Positions 8,558 to 16,462 are shown, numbered from the stretch's first letter. The stretch is DNA of 64,000 bases from Candidatus Handelsmanbacteria bacterium (GCA_016867395.1 VGJS01000018.1:227-64226), one strand, 5' to 3'. A program made the numbers and translations. The notes: a model not told the origin generated them from the letters alone.

Positions 8558-8961
8558 GTGCTCCCGATGCCCGAGGAATGCGCCAAACCTGCCACCAGCC
8601 GCACCTACGCCGACGGCAAGATCATCATCGAGCAGGGGTCGGTATGTGAGTTCATGTACATCGTGCGCCGGGGCCAGGTCGAGATCCTGCACAACGACCA
8701 GGGCGCCCTGACCCAGAAAGCGGTGCTCCACAAGGGCAGCTTCTTCGGCGAGGTGCCCTTGTGGAGCGCATCATCTCCCCCAGCATCGCCCGCACCACCG
8801 CCCGCGCCCTGGGCGAGGTGCAGATCAGCTCCGTCTCCCAGGAGACCATCCTCCATCGCATCCACGACAATCCCGAGCTGGGCTACCGCCTGCTCCAGAC
8901 CTTGTCGCGCCGCATCCGCGAGCTGGAGGAAGAGATGATCCGCTATATCGTCAGTGGCTGA
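8558..8961 (+). pseudogene. stand-alone cyclic-nucleotide-binding (cNMP/Crp-like) domain protein, split by a 1-nt frameshift
   Basis: ORF 8558..8938 reads ...YADGKIIIEQGSVCEFMYIVRRGQVEILHNDQGA...HKGSFFGEVPL and then becomes junk. ORF 8761..8961 (frame -1) continues VERIISPSIARTTARALGEVQISSVSQETILHRIHDNPELGYRLLQTLSRRIRELEEE. Together they form one cNMP-binding domain (FFGE...R[ST]A[TS]A motif). The frame switch lies within ccctt at 8756-8760. Confidence 0.65.
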
Positions 8962-8964
8962 CCC

Positions 8965-10128
8965 TTGAAACGCGTGAGACTCGCCCTCATCGGCTGCGGC
9001 GGCATCGCCGGGGCCCATGTCCGGGCTCTGGAAGACCTCTGGAATCGCGGGGTGCGCGACCTGGAGGTGGTGGCCACCTGCGACGTGGTCCTCGAACGGG
9101 CCAGGGAGCGGGCTGGGGAACTGACGAAGTTCCAAAAAAAACAGCCCCGCGCCTTTGCCAGCCTCGCCGAGTTGCTGGCCAGCGGCCTCGAAATCGACGC
9201 GGCCGACATCTGCTCCCTTCACTCCGAGCACCACACCCTGGCCCTGCCCTGCCTGCAGGCGGGCCTGCACGTCCATCTCGAAAAACCCCTGGCCATCACC
9301 CTGCGCGCCGGCCAGCGCATCCTGGACGCGGCGGTGGCGGCCCAGCGGGTGCTGGCGGTGGGAGAGAACTACCGCCGCTCCGCCCACGAGCGGGCCACCC
9401 ACTGGGCCATCCATCAGGGGCGCATCGGCCAGCCTCGGCTCTTCTTCTGGCAGGATGTGGGCGAGGGGTTGGGCAAGTGGGGTTGGCGCAACTTCAAGCA
9501 CGCCGCCGGGGGCGGCTGGATGCTGGACGGCGGGGTGCATTTCGCCGACCTCTTTCGCTACCACCTGGGCGGCGAGGCCCGCGAGGTCTATGCCCTGACC
9601 CGGCACTTCGAGCCCTACCGCTACGACAGCCCCAAAGAGCGCCAAGGAGCGTACCGGGTGGACGTGGAGGACGCAGCCCTGGCCCTGGTGCGCTTCGACG
9701 ACGAGGTGGTGGTGCAGTGGACCTGGGCCGGCTCGGCTCCTGGCCAGGGATTCAACAAGCGGGTCCTCTACGGCAGCGAGGGCTGCCTCGACTGGGAGAG
9801 CGGCTGGCACGGGCGAGACGGGGCGCAACTGAGCCGCGACGAGTTGCTGGCTGAGTACCTGAAAAGCCTGGGCAAGGAAGAGGAGGAACAGCTCTTCCCC
9901 GGCGGCACCCGCGACGCCATCGCCATCGAGCTGAAAGACTTCGCCGACGCGGTGCGCCTGGGCCGGGTGCCCGAAGTGGACGGGGAGGGCGGCTTCAAGG
10001 CCCAGGCCATCTGCATGGGGGTCTTTGAGTCGGGCTGGTGCGGCCGGCCCCTCTCCCTGCAGGAGGTGGAGCGCGGCGAGGCCAGCGGCTACCAGGACCC
10101 CCTCGACAAGGCGCTCGGGTTGATCTGA
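8965..10128 (+). CDS. Gfo/Idh/MocA family NAD(P)-dependent oxidoreductase
   Basis: Full ORF with a TTG start (GTG at 8974 is an alternative). VRLALIGCGGIAGAHVRAL Rossmann start and the family-signature EKP motif in HVHLEKPLAITL. Confidence 0.9.
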   Translation: MKRVRLALIGCGGIAGAHVRALEDLWNRGVRDLEVVATCDVVLERARERAGELTKFQKKQPRAFASLAELLASGLEIDAADICSLHSEHHTLALPCLQAGLHVHLEKPLAITLRAGQRILDAAVAAQRVLAVGENYRRSAHERATHWAIHQGRIGQPRLFFWQDVGEGLGKWGWRNFKHAAGGGWMLDGGVHFADLFRYHLGGEAREVYALTRHFEPYRYDSPKERQGAYRVDVEDAALALVRFDDEVVVQWTWAGSAPGQGFNKRVLYGSEGCLDWESGWHGRDGAQLSRDELLAEYLKSLGKEEEEQLFPGGTRDAIAIELKDFADAVRLGRVPEVDGEGGFKAQAICMGVFESGWCGRPLSLQEVERGEASGYQDPLDKALGLI

Positions 10129-10150
10129 ATCAATAACCCAACAGCAACAA

Positions 10151-10193
10151 GCAAAGAGCCGCCTCCCACCTGGGGAAGCGGCTCTTTGCTTTG
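10151..10193 (+). terminator. candidate intrinsic terminator after the Gfo/Idh/MocA gene
   Basis: Perfect 12-bp inverted repeat GCAAAGAGCCGC (10151-10162) / GCGGCTCTTTGC (10178-10189), 15-nt loop, followed by TTTG. Confidence 0.45.
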
Positions 10194-10202
10194 TGACCAT
10201 CT

Positions 10203-10399
10203 GCGCGGCGGGGAGACTGCCCCGAAGGCCTTTCTCGGGGAGTGGCTGGGTTGGGAAGGCCGCGTGGATGTGTGGCGGGGTAGCGGAGCCAGAGTGAGCG
10301 AGGGGACGCAACGCCCCAGCGTATGGGGCGTTGCGGGGGCGGAGGGGATGAGATGGGCGCGCCTTGGGAAAGCCCGGAGTGGGTCGCTCCCCGACGCGC
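10203..10399 (+). repeat. dispersed GC-rich intergenic repeat, copy A (long form with hairpin module)
   Basis: Aligns by eye along its whole length with 48295-48483. Shares the core GTAGCGGAGCCAGAG(T/C)GAGCG ... CGCGCCTTGGGAAAG(C/G)CCGGAGTGGGTCGCTCCCCGACGC with the copies at 16364-16462(-), 52022-52164 and 56444-56589. The 5' end GCGCGGCGGGGAG is the near-perfect inverted complement of the 3' end CTCCCCGACGCGC. Confidence 0.75.
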
Positions 10400-10401
10400 A
10401 C

Positions 10402-11232
10402 TCACACCCGCTTCCAGATCTCCCGCACTAGGTCCTTGAGCTGCTGCGCCTCCTGCCAGCGGTCGGACAGCTCCTTGCCATCGGCCCCCTGCATGGCGTA
10501 GGTGGGCGGCCCCAACTCCACCACAAAGGTCAGGGTGTCGTTCGCCTCAGCCCCTTCCTTGAATTTCTTGAAGCCGTACTCCCACCAACTGGCGTACAAG
10601 TCCAACCAGACCTTGTTGTGGGGAAAGTTGATGGGCACCTGCACCTGCTCGCGCGAGGCCACCCGGCCGTGGAAGGCCCCGCAGCGGGCCAGAATCTGTT
10701 TCATGAAGCGGTCGTTGTCGGCGGACAGCGGCGGGCCGGCGAACTCGCGGCCTACCAGAAAGTGGGACAGATCGCCGCACAGCACCATGTCCGGCACCGC
10801 CTCGATCAGGTCGAGGGTGAAGTACATGTCGGTGGTCATGCGGTCGCGGTGGGTCTCGAAGTAGAGCGGGAAACCTGCCGTCGCCGCCATGTCCATACAG
10901 CGCACGATATAGGGCACCCCGCCGGCCACTGTGCGCGGCATGGGCATGGGTTGGAGGTTGATGTGGGTGGCCCCCCCGTCGCGGGCGGCCTGGATGTCGG
11001 CCTTAAACTCCTCGGGGGTCCAAGGGAAGACGATGTTGCTGCGCTTGAGCTGGTGCTTCTCGACCAGGGGCAACATGGCCTTGAGATGGGCCGGGTCCTC
11101 CATGAGGAACTCCACCCCGTCGAAGCCGGCCTCGGCGATCTTGGCCACCTTCTCCTCCAGGGTCCATTCCTTTGCCCCCCCAAAGGGCAATCCCACCATG
11201 CCCCACAGGGACTGATATACCTGAAGCTTCAT
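10402..11232 (-). CDS. sugar phosphate isomerase/epimerase (xylose isomerase-like TIM barrel) family protein
   Basis: Internal ATG MKLQVYQSLWGMVGLPFGG... of ORF 10402..11376(-), 276 aa. Contains AEAGFDGVEFLMEDP and GFPLYFETHRD, typical of the AP_endonuc_2 family. Confidence 0.8.
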   Translation of the reverse strand: MKLQVYQSLWGMVGLPFGGAKEWTLEEKVAKIAEAGFDGVEFLMEDPAHLKAMLPLVEKHQLKRSNIVFPWTPEEFKADIQAARDGGATHINLQPMPMPRTVAGGVPYIVRCMDMAATAGFPLYFETHRDRMTTDMYFTLDLIEAVPDMVLCGDLSHFLVGREFAGPPLSADNDRFMKQILARCGAFHGRVASREQVQVPINFPHNKVWLDLYASWWEYGFKKFKEGAEANDTLTFVVELGPPTYAMQGADGKELSDRWQEAQQLKDLVREIWKRV

Positions 11233-11404
11233 AACGCGCCTTTCTGTTTGGGTGTGTCGCGGGTGCAGCAGGATAAGAAAAAGCCTCCCGGGCCGCAAAT
11301 GGTCTCGGAAAGCTGAGTCCCGGCTTTCAGAATGCTGAGGTTTCGGCCCCGTCTGACCCCGGCTTGAAAACTCCAAGTCCTTGCCAGCCCTGCTCCCCTC
11401 CTCC

Positions 11405-11419
11405 TGGCACGGGGATTGC
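11405..11419 (+). promoter_or_regulatory. sigma54 (-24/-12) promoter consensus match
   Basis: CTGGCACGGGGATTGCC matches TGGCAC-N5-TTGC exactly (GG at -24, GC at -12). The site is intergenic, about 49 nt upstream of the ATG at 11468, with an AAGGAGG RBS in between. Confidence 0.5.
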
Positions 11420-11467
11420 CATAGTTGGCGGCGGCTATCGTCAACCCCATCTCACAAGGAGGCAGTC

Positions 11468-12166
11468 ATGAGCAAGTTCGCGATCCTGGGCGGCGCGCTG
11501 GTAGCCCTCTTCGTCGCCGGCTGTGGCGACAAGAATCCGACCTCTCCGGCGCAGGAGCAGATCGACAACTCCAGCCAGTTGCCCCAGCAGCGCTGGAGCT
11601 ACAAGGGGTGGGTCAAGGGGAGTTACGCCCGCGACTTCAACAGCGACTGAACCATCGATCAGGCCGATTTCTCTGCCTTCCTCGGCGAGATTTCTCCCGA
11701 CGACACCCCGCCCGACAGCGCGGGTTCCGGCACGGTGCCCAGCAAGCTCGATCCTGGTTTCGCCGAGGACTACCTGCAGCAGCCAGCCTTGTACGTGGCC
11801 GGCAACCCGGACCAGGCCGCCCTTTTCATCAACTGGCTGGACGACCCCGAGCTGACGGCCCGCATCTGGGAGAACGACTACAACACCATCTAGGTGGTGG
11901 CCGCCTTCCGCGGCCAGGTACCCGCCGCCGGGTACGGCATCGCTGTCGAGGACCTGCAGAACGACGGCGAGACCGTGAAGCTCTACGCGCGGCTGAGCGA
12001 TCCGGCCCCGGACCAGATGGTGGCCCAGGTGATTTCGTATCCGTAATAGGTGCTCTTTGTGCCCAAGGTCCAGGCCCCGGTGCCCGAGGGGGCCGCCTGG
12101 TCGCTGTTCACCAGCGAGGGCAAACTGCTGGGCCAGGCCGGGACCGAGGAAGCGGTGCTGAAGTAA
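11468..12166 (+). pseudogene. PrcB-like lipoprotein gene interrupted by four in-frame stop codons (one reading frame throughout)
   Basis: MSKFAILGGALVALFVAGC is a lipobox. The same frame continues through TGA (11648), TAG (11891) and tandem TAA-TAG (12044-12049) to TAA at 12164. The translation keeps family-like sequence throughout: DFNSD*TIDQADFSAF (EF-hand/dockerin-like DxNxDGxID), then VVAAFRGQVPAAGYGIAVEDLQNDGETVKLYARLSDPAPDQMVAQVISYP**VLFVPK (PrcB C-terminal-like). Confidence 0.65.
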
Positions 12167-12189
12167 AATCCTGTCAGGAGTATCTTCGG

Positions 12190-12224
12190 GGGGCCGCGGC
12201 GCAAAGCTGCGGCCCCTCTTTTTT
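12190..12224 (+). terminator. intrinsic terminator
   Basis: GGGGCCGC (12190-12197) / GCGGCCCC (12209-12216), perfect 8-bp GC stem, 11-nt loop, followed by TCTTTTTT. Confidence 0.6.
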
Positions 12225-12235
12225 GGATCGCGCCC

Positions 12236-13330
12236 ATGCCCCCCAGCCCCTATGCCCGCTGGACCCGCGGGCCTTCGACCAGTCCAGAGTTCTTCCCCAT
12301 CGGGGTGTGGCTGCAGGACCCCGCCAACGCCGCCCGCTACCGCGAGGCCGGCGTCAACCTCTACGTGGGCTTGTGGGAGGGGCCTACCGAGGAGCAGCTG
12401 GCCGGTTTGCGGGAGGCGGGGATGCAGGTGATCTGCGCCCAGAACGCGGTGGGCCTCAAGCACCTCGACGACCCCACCATCGTCGCCTGGATGCACGGGG
12501 ACGAACCGGACAACGCCCAGCCGGCAGAGGGTGGGGGCTGGGGCCCGGCCATCCCGCCGGCCACCATCATCGCCGACTACCAGAGCCTCGCCGCCGCGGA
12601 CCCCAGCCGCCCGGTGTGGCTCAATCTGGGCCAGGGGGTGGGCAACGAGGAGTGGATAGGCCGGGGCGCCCCCTGGGAGGACTACCCCGAGTACTGCAAG
12701 GGGGCGGACATCCTCTCCTTCGATGTGTACCCGGTGGCCGGCATCCAGAAGCCCGACGGCGAGAACTACCTGTGGTACGTGGCCAAGGGGGTGGACCGGC
12801 TGCGGGGGTGGTCGGGGAACAAGACGGTGTGGAATATTATCGAGACCACCCGCATCCACAGCGACCACAAGGCGCACCCCGCCCAGGTGCGCGCCGAGGT
12901 GTGGATGTCGCTGATCCACGGCTCCCAGGGGATCGTCTACTTTGTCCACGAGTGGAAGCCGGTCTTCGCCGAGGCGCGGCTCTTGCAGGACCCCCAGATG
13001 CTGGCCGCCGTCACCGCCATCAACGCCCAGATCCGCGAACTGGCCCCGGTGCTCAACAGCCCCAATGCGGAGCGGGCACAGGTGGTCTCCAGCGCCCCGG
13101 CGGTGCCCATCGACCTGATGGCAAAGGAATACGGCGGGGATCTCTACTTCTTCGCCGCCTCCATGCGCCCCGGTTCAGCGCGGGGGGCCTTCCAGCTCAG
13201 CGGCCCCAGGGGTGAGAAGAGCGCCGAGGTGCTGGGGGAGGGACGGAACATCGCCATCAAAGACGGCGCCTTCACCGATGCCTTCGCCGACTACGCGGTG
13301 CACTTGTACCGGATCGAGGGTTGGCGCTGA
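12236..13330 (+). CDS. putative glycoside hydrolase (TIM-barrel-like), family not assignable by eye
   Basis: Full ORF, 364 aa: FFPIGVWLQDPANAARYREAGVNLYVGLWEGPTEEQL...WMHGDEPDN...ILSFDVYP...VWNIIETT...GIVYFVHEW has a layout typical of clan GH-A-like enzymes. Confidence 0.6.
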   Translation: MPPSPYARWTRGPSTSPEFFPIGVWLQDPANAARYREAGVNLYVGLWEGPTEEQLAGLREAGMQVICAQNAVGLKHLDDPTIVAWMHGDEPDNAQPAEGGGWGPAIPPATIIADYQSLAAADPSRPVWLNLGQGVGNEEWIGRGAPWEDYPEYCKGADILSFDVYPVAGIQKPDGENYLWYVAKGVDRLRGWSGNKTVWNIIETTRIHSDHKAHPAQVRAEVWMSLIHGSQGIVYFVHEWKPVFAEARLLQDPQMLAAVTAINAQIRELAPVLNSPNAERAQVVSSAPAVPIDLMAKEYGGDLYFFAASMRPGSARGAFQLSGPRGEKSAEVLGEGRNIAIKDGAFTDAFADYAVHLYRIEGWR

Positions 13331-13334
13331 TCGG

Positions 13335-16300
13335 CTAGCGGCGCTGCAACTGCTCGATGGCCCGGGCCAGTTGGTCGCGGTGCGCCTCGATGGGCGCCGG
13401 GTCCCGGGCGAAGCGGGTCAAATCCGCGCTCACGGCAGCGGGCACCTGCAGCAGGGCTTCGTACTGCTGGCGCTCGGCCGGCTTCAGGCCATCGCCCTGC
13501 TCGGTTAGCAGCCGCTCGAGGATGGCGAAGTACTCGTAGTCCTCCACCCCATCGCGCAGCATCTCCCAGCGGATGCTGTCCACCGGCCCCTCCAGCACCG
13601 GCGCCCGGGGCCGGCCACTGGCCGCCGGCTCAGGCGGGTAAAGGAAGCGGCCGTCGCCGTTGCCCCAGGGCAGCATGTTGCCCTTGGCGGTGCTGTACCC
13701 GCTGACCCAGCTCATGGGGTCCAGGTAGGGGTTCTGCGGGTGGGCCAGGTACGCCGCGTCGCTGGTCCAGTAGTTGGTCTGCCAGACCAGCACCCCCTGG
13801 AGCCGGCGCTGCCAGGTCTGCCAGAGCCAGACCCGCAGCTCGGTGGCCGCGTGGTCGATGAAGAGGCCGGCGTACGGGGCCTTGGGCACGGTGCACACGT
13901 ACCACCAGAAGGTGTCGCCCCGTTGCTGCCGCCCGGCCACGGCCAGGGAATCGTACTGGGGGGTGAGCAGGCACCAGACGTCCGGCCCGCCCGCCAGCCC
14001 GGGCTCCACCTGCTCGGTGAGCATACGGCGGAGGCGGGGGGCGTACTCCTTGAGTTTGCCGAAACCCCGCATCACAAAATCGTAGTCCTTGGGCTCGGGC
14101 TCGTCGAACCAGTACACGTACGCCTCGTCCAGCCAGCCCTTCTCCTCCAGGTGGCGCTCCAGTTCGCCCAGGTACTGGCGCAGGCCCTCCCGGTACTGCG
14201 GGGTGTGTTCCCCCAAACCCTTCAGGCTGGGCTCGACCCGGTCGTGGTAGGTGCCCCCGCCCAGGCCCTGCACCGGGAGGCGGAAGGAGTTGAAGCCGAG
14301 GCTGTCGATGGCCCGGCTCATGGCCCGGTCCCAGGCCGCCCAGGAGAAGGAAGGCTTCAGATCGGGCGACCATTTCACCTCCAGGCGGTCGAGGGGGGCC
14401 GGGTCGTAGGGGGAGAGGCGGTGGGCGCTGAAGTTTTGCAGGTACCGCTCCAGCACCGCCCTTTTGTCCTTCTCTTCGACGAGGCCCTGGTAGCGGAACA
14501 CCTCCTGGGGCGAGAAACCAAAGGCCGTGGTGCAGCTCATCCGGCGGGGCAGCTCAAAGCCGTAGACCTCCACCAGCAGGGGCACCTGGGCGCGGAAGCC
14601 TTCTGCCTCCAGGGCGATGGCCCCGGTGTAGAAGCCCGCCGGTGTCCCCGCCGGCACGTGGACCCGCACCCACAAAGGCTGGTTGGCCCGGGCCGGCGCG
14701 TCGATGGGCCGGTCAAAAGGGGGCAGGGGATCGGGCCAGTTCCCCGCGGCCCCGCTGTAGTCGCTGGGCCGGGCCACCGGCACGTACTCCACCCTCAGGA
14801 GCTCGATCTGCCCGGCCGCGATCCGCACCCCGCCCGGCCCCTCCAGGTCCTGGGCCCTGGCCCATAGCCGGCGCAGGGGACGTTTGGGCCGCACCACCAA
14901 CTGGGCAGCCTCGCGCTCGTCCCCGGCGGCGCGGATCACCAGGGCCAGACCCTTGGCCTGGGGCAGGGGCCGGACCTGGCTCACCTTCCAGCCCGAGGAG
15001 GCCCACCACAGGCCCACCTCCTCGGTGGAACCGGGCAACTCCTCGCCGTAGCTGGCGGCATGCAGCAGGGGCAGGTACACCCCGGTGCCGGCGCGGAAAT
15101 CCCCCAGGGAGTACTCGATCCAGAAACTGCCGGCGCCGGGCAACTCGTAACGGGGATGAAGCACCGAGGTCCCCGGCGGCAGTTGCACCTCGCTGGCCTC
15201 GAGGAACACCGCCGCGGCCCCCTCCTGCACCACCCGCACCTGCTGGGTCAGAGAGAGGGTATCGGAGGCGGGATTCTCCACCTCGGCGCTTAGCCTGTTG
15301 TCCCCGCCGGGCAGTTGCGCCCCCAGGCTGGTAAGCCGCATCTGGAAACGCGGGTCGAGCTGCTGGACCACCGCGAACTGGGTGCTGCCCTGCATTCGCA
15401 GAGGCTGGCCCACCAGCGCCGACTTGTAGGTATAGGCGTGGACCTGGAAGGAGCCCGGGTCCGAGTCCATCCTCACCGCCTGTTTGGCCCGGGCCCGCAG
15501 CCGCACCCAGAGCGCGATCGCCGGCTGCAACTCGGCGGGCAGTTCAAAGCTGCGGCTGCCCGCTTCCCCCAGGGCGCCCAGTTCGCGCCACGCGCTCCCG
15601 TCGGCGCTGGCCTCCACCACCAACTCCCCGGCCTGGTAATAGCCGATGGTCACTGCCACCTGGGCCTCGCGCTGCTGCCTTTGGCCCACCTCGTGGCGGT
15701 ACACCACCCAACTGCCGGCGCCAAAGACCCAGCGGTTGGTGTTGAAGTCGCAGCGGTGGGCATAGAGGGGCCGGCTGTGGTTGCGGGAAGGGCTGTGGAA
15801 GGGGGCTGAAAAGGTGTAGCGCAGGCCGTCGATTCCCTCCCCCTCACCCAGCGCCACCCCCGCCCGGCGGGGGTACACCGGCTGGGCCTCGGTCAAGGAC
15901 ACCGCGTCGAAGGCCACCCTCCCCTTGAGGTGCCACTGCCCAAAACGCAGCCAGGCCCGCTCCGCCGCCAGGGAATCGGGGGCCTGGAACACCGAGGTCT
16001 GCTCGCCCCACTCGCTGCCCAGGTCCCCCAGGTCGCGGTTGCAGAACACCGGCCCACTGGTGGGGGTGCCGCCCCCGCCCTCCAGGCCACGGGCCAGGAA
16101 ACGCAGCAGGTACAACCCGCCGGGCCGGAGCGCCAGCGGCGCCGAGCGCCAGAAACTGGTGCTCTCGCCGTTGCCGCCGATCACCAGCGCCCGTTCCCCC
16201 TCGCCGCCTCCCACCCCCCATTCCCCGGTTCCCTCCAGAGCCCACCCCGCCGGCTGCCCCTGCCCGATCTCGAAGGAGGGGTTGGGTACCGCCACCGGCT

Positions 16301-16433
16301 GGGCCCCGGCGCCCGGGGGGATCACACCGAATACCAGCGCCAGCACCCGGAGGCCGGCAGCGAGGAGCGACCCACTCCGGCCTTTCCCAAGGCGCGGACC
16401 TCCTCCCCCGCTCGCTCTGGCTCCGCTACCCAT
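13335..16433 (-). CDS. secreted DUF4091-domain (GH123-like) protein with N-terminal carbohydrate-binding-like module
   Basis: In frame within ORF 13335..17636(-). ATG at 16433 gives MGSGARASGGGGPRLGKGRSGSLLAAGLRVLALVFGVIPPGAGAQP (signal-peptide-like), then NPSFEIGQGQPAGWALEG. The C-terminal half has YVYWFDEPEPKDY, WWYVCTVP and LWQTWQRRLQGVLVWQTNYW, typical of DUF4091. The start is uncertain because it lies inside repeat copy E. Confidence 0.75.
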   Translation of the reverse strand: MGSGARASGGGGPRLGKGRSGSLLAAGLRVLALVFGVIPPGAGAQPVAVPNPSFEIGQGQPAGWALEGTGEWGVGGGEGERALVIGGNGESTSFWRSAPLALRPGGLYLLRFLARGLEGGGGTPTSGPVFCNRDLGDLGSEWGEQTSVFQAPDSLAAERAWLRFGQWHLKGRVAFDAVSLTEAQPVYPRRAGVALGEGEGIDGLRYTFSAPFHSPSRNHSRPLYAHRCDFNTNRWVFGAGSWVVYRHEVGQRQQREAQVAVTIGYYQAGELVVEASADGSAWRELGALGEAGSRSFELPAELQPAIALWVRLRARAKQAVRMDSDPGSFQVHAYTYKSALVGQPLRMQGSTQFAVVQQLDPRFQMRLTSLGAQLPGGDNRLSAEVENPASDTLSLTQQVRVVQEGAAAVFLEASEVQLPPGTSVLHPRYELPGAGSFWIEYSLGDFRAGTGVYLPLLHAASYGEELPGSTEEVGLWWASSGWKVSQVRPLPQAKGLALVIRAAGDEREAAQLVVRPKRPLRRLWARAQDLEGPGGVRIAAGQIELLRVEYVPVARPSDYSGAAGNWPDPLPPFDRPIDAPARANQPLWVRVHVPAGTPAGFYTGAIALEAEGFRAQVPLLVEVYGFELPRRMSCTTAFGFSPQEVFRYQGLVEEKDKRAVLERYLQNFSAHRLSPYDPAPLDRLEVKWSPDLKPSFSWAAWDRAMSRAIDSLGFNSFRLPVQGLGGGTYHDRVEPSLKGLGEHTPQYREGLRQYLGELERHLEEKGWLDEAYVYWFDEPEPKDYDFVMRGFGKLKEYAPRLRRMLTEQVEPGLAGGPDVWCLLTPQYDSLAVAGRQQRGDTFWWYVCTVPKAPYAGLFIDHAATELRVWLWQTWQRRLQGVLVWQTNYWTSDAAYLAHPQNPYLDPMSWVSGYSTAKGNMLPWGNGDGRFLYPPEPAASGRPRAPVLEGPVDSIRWEMLRDGVEDYEYFAILERLLTEQGDGLKPAERQQYEALLQVPAAVSADLTRFARDPAPIEAHRDQLARAIEQLQRR

Positions 16434-16462
16434 CCTCCCCACCCACGTTCTTCCCCGCCGCC
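16364..16462 (-). repeat. dispersed GC-rich intergenic repeat, copy E (short, internally deleted, minus orientation)
   Basis: The reverse complement reads GGCGGCGGGGAAGAACGTGGGTGGGGAGGATGGGTAGCGGAGCCAGAGCGAGCGGGGGAGGAGGTCCGCGCCTTGGGAAAGGCCGGAGTGGGTCGCTCC. The core is near-identical to copies A, B and C. Confidence 0.6.

Noticed and set aside
8605-10401. 598-aa ORF antisense to the Gfo/Idh/MocA gene. Similar long shadow ORFs occur at 17729..19084(-), 21127..22968(-), 5635..6702(+), 11425..13215(+), 2877..4265(-), 48757..50073(-) and 52472..53719(-).
   Set aside because: Their translations are Arg/Ala/Gly/Pro-rich and low in complexity, with no recognisable motifs. Each lies opposite or out of frame to an ORF with clear family signatures. 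This is the expected shadow-ORF artefact of a high-GC genome.
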